A stretch of DNA of 63,008 nt, the filler included, from Clostridia bacterium (GTDB taxonomy: Bacteria; Bacillota; Clostridia; Acetivibrionales; JBAZRJ01): assembly GCA_041662985.1 (NCBI GenBank). It is 3 parts of 3 records of this genome, joined end to end, with 100 filler letters (N's around TTAATTAATTAA, not from the genome) between each part and the next. Parts side by side here need not be neighbours in the genome. Positions count along the whole stretch, not along the records: positions 47,513 to 63,008 come from JBAZRJ010000044.1; 2 more parts are not named here. One strand, written 5' to 3'. Within the stretch, counting starts at the first letter, position 1. Every line of letters starts with the position of its first letter. Of this stretch, positions 60,980 to 63,008 are shown one piece after another. A model generated the notes under the pieces. The model saw only the letters and a program-made list of their open reading frames with translations. It searched no databases and was not told the DNA's origin. The position numbers were made by a program, and so were the translations under genes.

Positions 60980-61930
60980 ATGGATAAAATGCAGGATAAG
61001 AGAGAAGATAAAAGGGAAGACAGGAGACCGGAAAGAAGAGAGAGCAAAAGGCCGGAAAGACGTCCGGATACAAGAGCGGCAGGTAAACCCGATAGGAAAT
61101 TTGATACGAGGCCTGATACAAGAAAAAAGCCTGATAGATTCAGCGAGAACAAGGACACCTATACAAAAGACGAGATAAGGGAAGATTCCGATAATAATCT
61201 TGATAAACTCGAGGGCAGAAATTCTGTGCTTGAGGCTTTGAAATCGGGAAGATCGATAAATAAGATAGTTGTCTCAAAAGGCGAAAGAGAAGGTTCAATC
61301 AAGCAAATCCTAAGCCTGGCGAGAGAAAATAAAGTGATTGTTCAGGAACTCGAAAGAACAAATCTTGATAAGATGTCTTCAACACACGCGCATCAAGGTG
61401 TCATAGCTTTTGTTGCAATCAAGGAGTATGTTGAAGTTGAGGATATATTGAAGATTGCCGAAGACAAAGGCGAACAGCCATTTATAATAATATTGGATGA
61501 AATAACGGACCCGTATAATCTCGGCTCGATTTTAAGGACTGCCGACGCAGTTGGTGCACATGGTGTGATTATCCCCAGGAGAAGAGCCGTTGGTCTCACG
61601 ACAGCAGTATCAAAGGCTTCTGCCGGAGCGATTGAATATGTCCCTGTGGCGAGAGTTACAAACATCAGTCAGACAATCGAAGATTTGAAAAAGAAAAATA
61701 TTTGGGTTGTCGGAACTGACAGCACGGGCGAAAAGCCCTATTACGAAGGTGATTTGAAAGGACCGATTGCTCTCGTAATTGGAAGTGAAGGCGAAGGAAT
61801 GGGTCAGCTTATCGCAAAGAGCTGTGATTTTATTATAAACATTCCGATGAAAGGGAATATAACTTCATTAAACGCAGCTGTGGCAGGCTCCGTTGTTATG
61901 TATGAAATTTTGAAACAGCGCAGTTTGTAG
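60980..61930 (+). CDS. rlmB: 23S rRNA (Gm2251) methyltransferase RlmB
   Basis: EGRNSVLEAL, HQGV, DPYNLGSILR, GSEGEG, SLNAAVA. Confidence 0.94.
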   Translation: MDKMQDKREDKREDRRPERRESKRPERRPDTRAAGKPDRKFDTRPDTRKKPDRFSENKDTYTKDEIREDSDNNLDKLEGRNSVLEALKSGRSINKIVVSKGEREGSIKQILSLARENKVIVQELERTNLDKMSSTHAHQGVIAFVAIKEYVEVEDILKIAEDKGEQPFIIILDEITDPYNLGSILRTADAVGAHGVIIPRRRAVGLTTAVSKASAGAIEYVPVARVTNISQTIEDLKKKNIWVVGTDSTGEKPYYEGDLKGPIALVIGSEGEGMGQLIAKSCDFIINIPMKGNITSLNAAVAGSVVMYEILKQRSL

Positions 61931-62037
61931 GTTTAAAGAGCTGTAATTCAACTTGACACAATAAATCGCCGTACATTATAATGTAATGTATGACCCATCG
62001 TTTAATGAGTCTGTTCTAGTCTTTGGAGGGTGTTGAA

Positions 62038-62694
62038 TTGAAGCCGGATGCACGAGTTGAATCGACTGCGTATATATTTACTGAAATGCTTGACGAGGAA
62101 ATAATTGAGATAGCAAAGCTTGGAAACAATGATGCTGTTGAGTATATAATCGGGAAGTATAAGGGATTTGTCCGTGCAAAAGCCAGAACGTATTTTTTAA
62201 TAGGCGCTGACAGAGAAGACATAATTCAGGAAGGCATGATTGGCCTTTTTAAGGCAATCAGGGATTTCCGGGAAGACAAGCTTGCCTCTTTCAGAGCTTT
62301 TGCCGAACTATGCATTACAAGACAGATAATAACGGCAATCAAAACTGCGACAAGACAAAAGCACATTCCTTTGAATTCATATATTTCGCTGAACAAGCCG
62401 ATTTTTGACGAGGAATCCGACCGCACGCTGATGGATGTCATAACTCAGGATTCTGTGACGGATCCGGAGCAACTGATGATTAACCTCGAGGAGCATAAAA
62501 ACATTGAGGAGAAGATGGGAGAGGTGCTGAGCAGTCTCGAATGGAAGGTATTATCCCAGTATTTGCAAGGGATGTCCTATCAGGAAATTGCCGAAGACCT
62601 GAAAAGAGAAGTGAAATCAATAGATAACGCTCTTCAGCGCATCAAACGCAAGCTCGAGAAGTTTTTAAAAGAGGAAAACAAAGAATTAAACTAG
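62038..62694 (+). CDS. sigH: RNA polymerase sigma factor SigH
   Basis: YFLIGADREDIIQEGMIGL, QIITAIKTATRQKHIPLNSY, KSIDNALQR; TTG 62038 with GGAGG RBS. Confidence 0.96.
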   Translation: MKPDARVESTAYIFTEMLDEEIIEIAKLGNNDAVEYIIGKYKGFVRAKARTYFLIGADREDIIQEGMIGLFKAIRDFREDKLASFRAFAELCITRQIITAIKTATRQKHIPLNSYISLNKPIFDEESDRTLMDVITQDSVTDPEQLMINLEEHKNIEEKMGEVLSSLEWKVLSQYLQGMSYQEIAEDLKREVKSIDNALQRIKRKLEKFLKEENKELN

Positions 62695-62740
62695 CGAAAA
62701 ATAGAAATTAAATCCTGTGAATTTTAGATTAATGCAACCT

Positions 62741-62814
62741 GCGGGTGTAATTCAGTGGTAGAATACCAGCTTCCCAAGCTGGTTGTGTGGGTCCGATTCC
62801 CATCACCCGCTCCA
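62741..62814 (+). tRNA. tRNA-Gly(CCC)
   Basis: GCGGGTGTAATTCAGTGGTAGAATA-CCAGC TT CCC AA GCTGG-...CCCGCTCCA. Confidence 0.95.
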
Positions 62815-62879
62815 TATAACTTTGTGCCCTTGCGGGCCGAAAGCAAATGATGTTTATGCATAATGTTGTAATGATTTTC

Positions 62880-62955
62880 GCCCTCATAGCTCAGTAGGTA
62901 GAGCGCATCCATGGTAAGGATGAGGTCATCGGTTCAATTCCGATTGAGGGCTCCA
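62880..62955 (+). tRNA. tRNA-Thr(GGT)
   Basis: GCCCTCATAGCTCAGTAGGTAGAGCG-CATCC AT GGT AA GGATG-...GGTTCAATTCC...GGGCTCCA. Confidence 0.95.
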
Positions 62956-62960
62956 ATAAA

Positions 62961-62997
62961 AAGAAGAAGACCAAAAAAAGTTGGTCTTCTTCTTTTT
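62961..62997 (+). terminator. Intrinsic terminator
   Basis: AAGAAGAAGACCAA...TTGGTCTTCTTCTTTTT. Confidence 0.85.
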
Positions 62998-63008
62998 ATT
63001 GCGACTTT

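Overview
Low-GC Clostridia-type (Acetivibrio/Ruminiclostridium-like) chromosomal DNA from a draft assembly. It consists of three contigs joined by artificial N-TTAATTAATTAA-N linkers (24529-24628, 47413-47512), so adjacency across the linkers is unproven. Contig 1 carries folC (partial), secA, a YerC/TrpR-like gene and tRNA-Val, then a ~14.4 kb accessory region ending at tRNA-Arg(TCT)/tRNA-Gly, then ysnB-like, rdgB, amidase, queH and ruvBAC. Contig 2 carries a large [FeFe]-hydrogenase locus (NuoF-GltD fusion plus HydA, a DRTGG/kinase/HydS-like/PHP block, and a Rex-boxed HydC-D-B-A operon), then yggS-sepF-yggT-divIVA and T-box ileS. Contig 3 carries a histidine kinase, zapA, dut, hflX, yigZ, yebC, ogg, 6S RNA, cysE-cysS-mrnC-rlmB-sigH and two tRNAs. 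The most striking signal is in the tRNA-Arg-anchored accessory region. Unrelated cargo genes are separated by six copies (full or partial) of one non-coding module: a sigma-A promoter, a palindromic core site that mimics the tRNA-Arg anticodon arm (ACGGA-N7-TCCGT with variable N7), a terminator-like hairpin, paired ATGCGG direct repeats, and in two copies the tRNA-Arg 3' end. No integrase is present in the window. I interpret this as an integron-like, tRNA-anchored gene-cassette array mobilised in trans. That reading is inference from sequence only.
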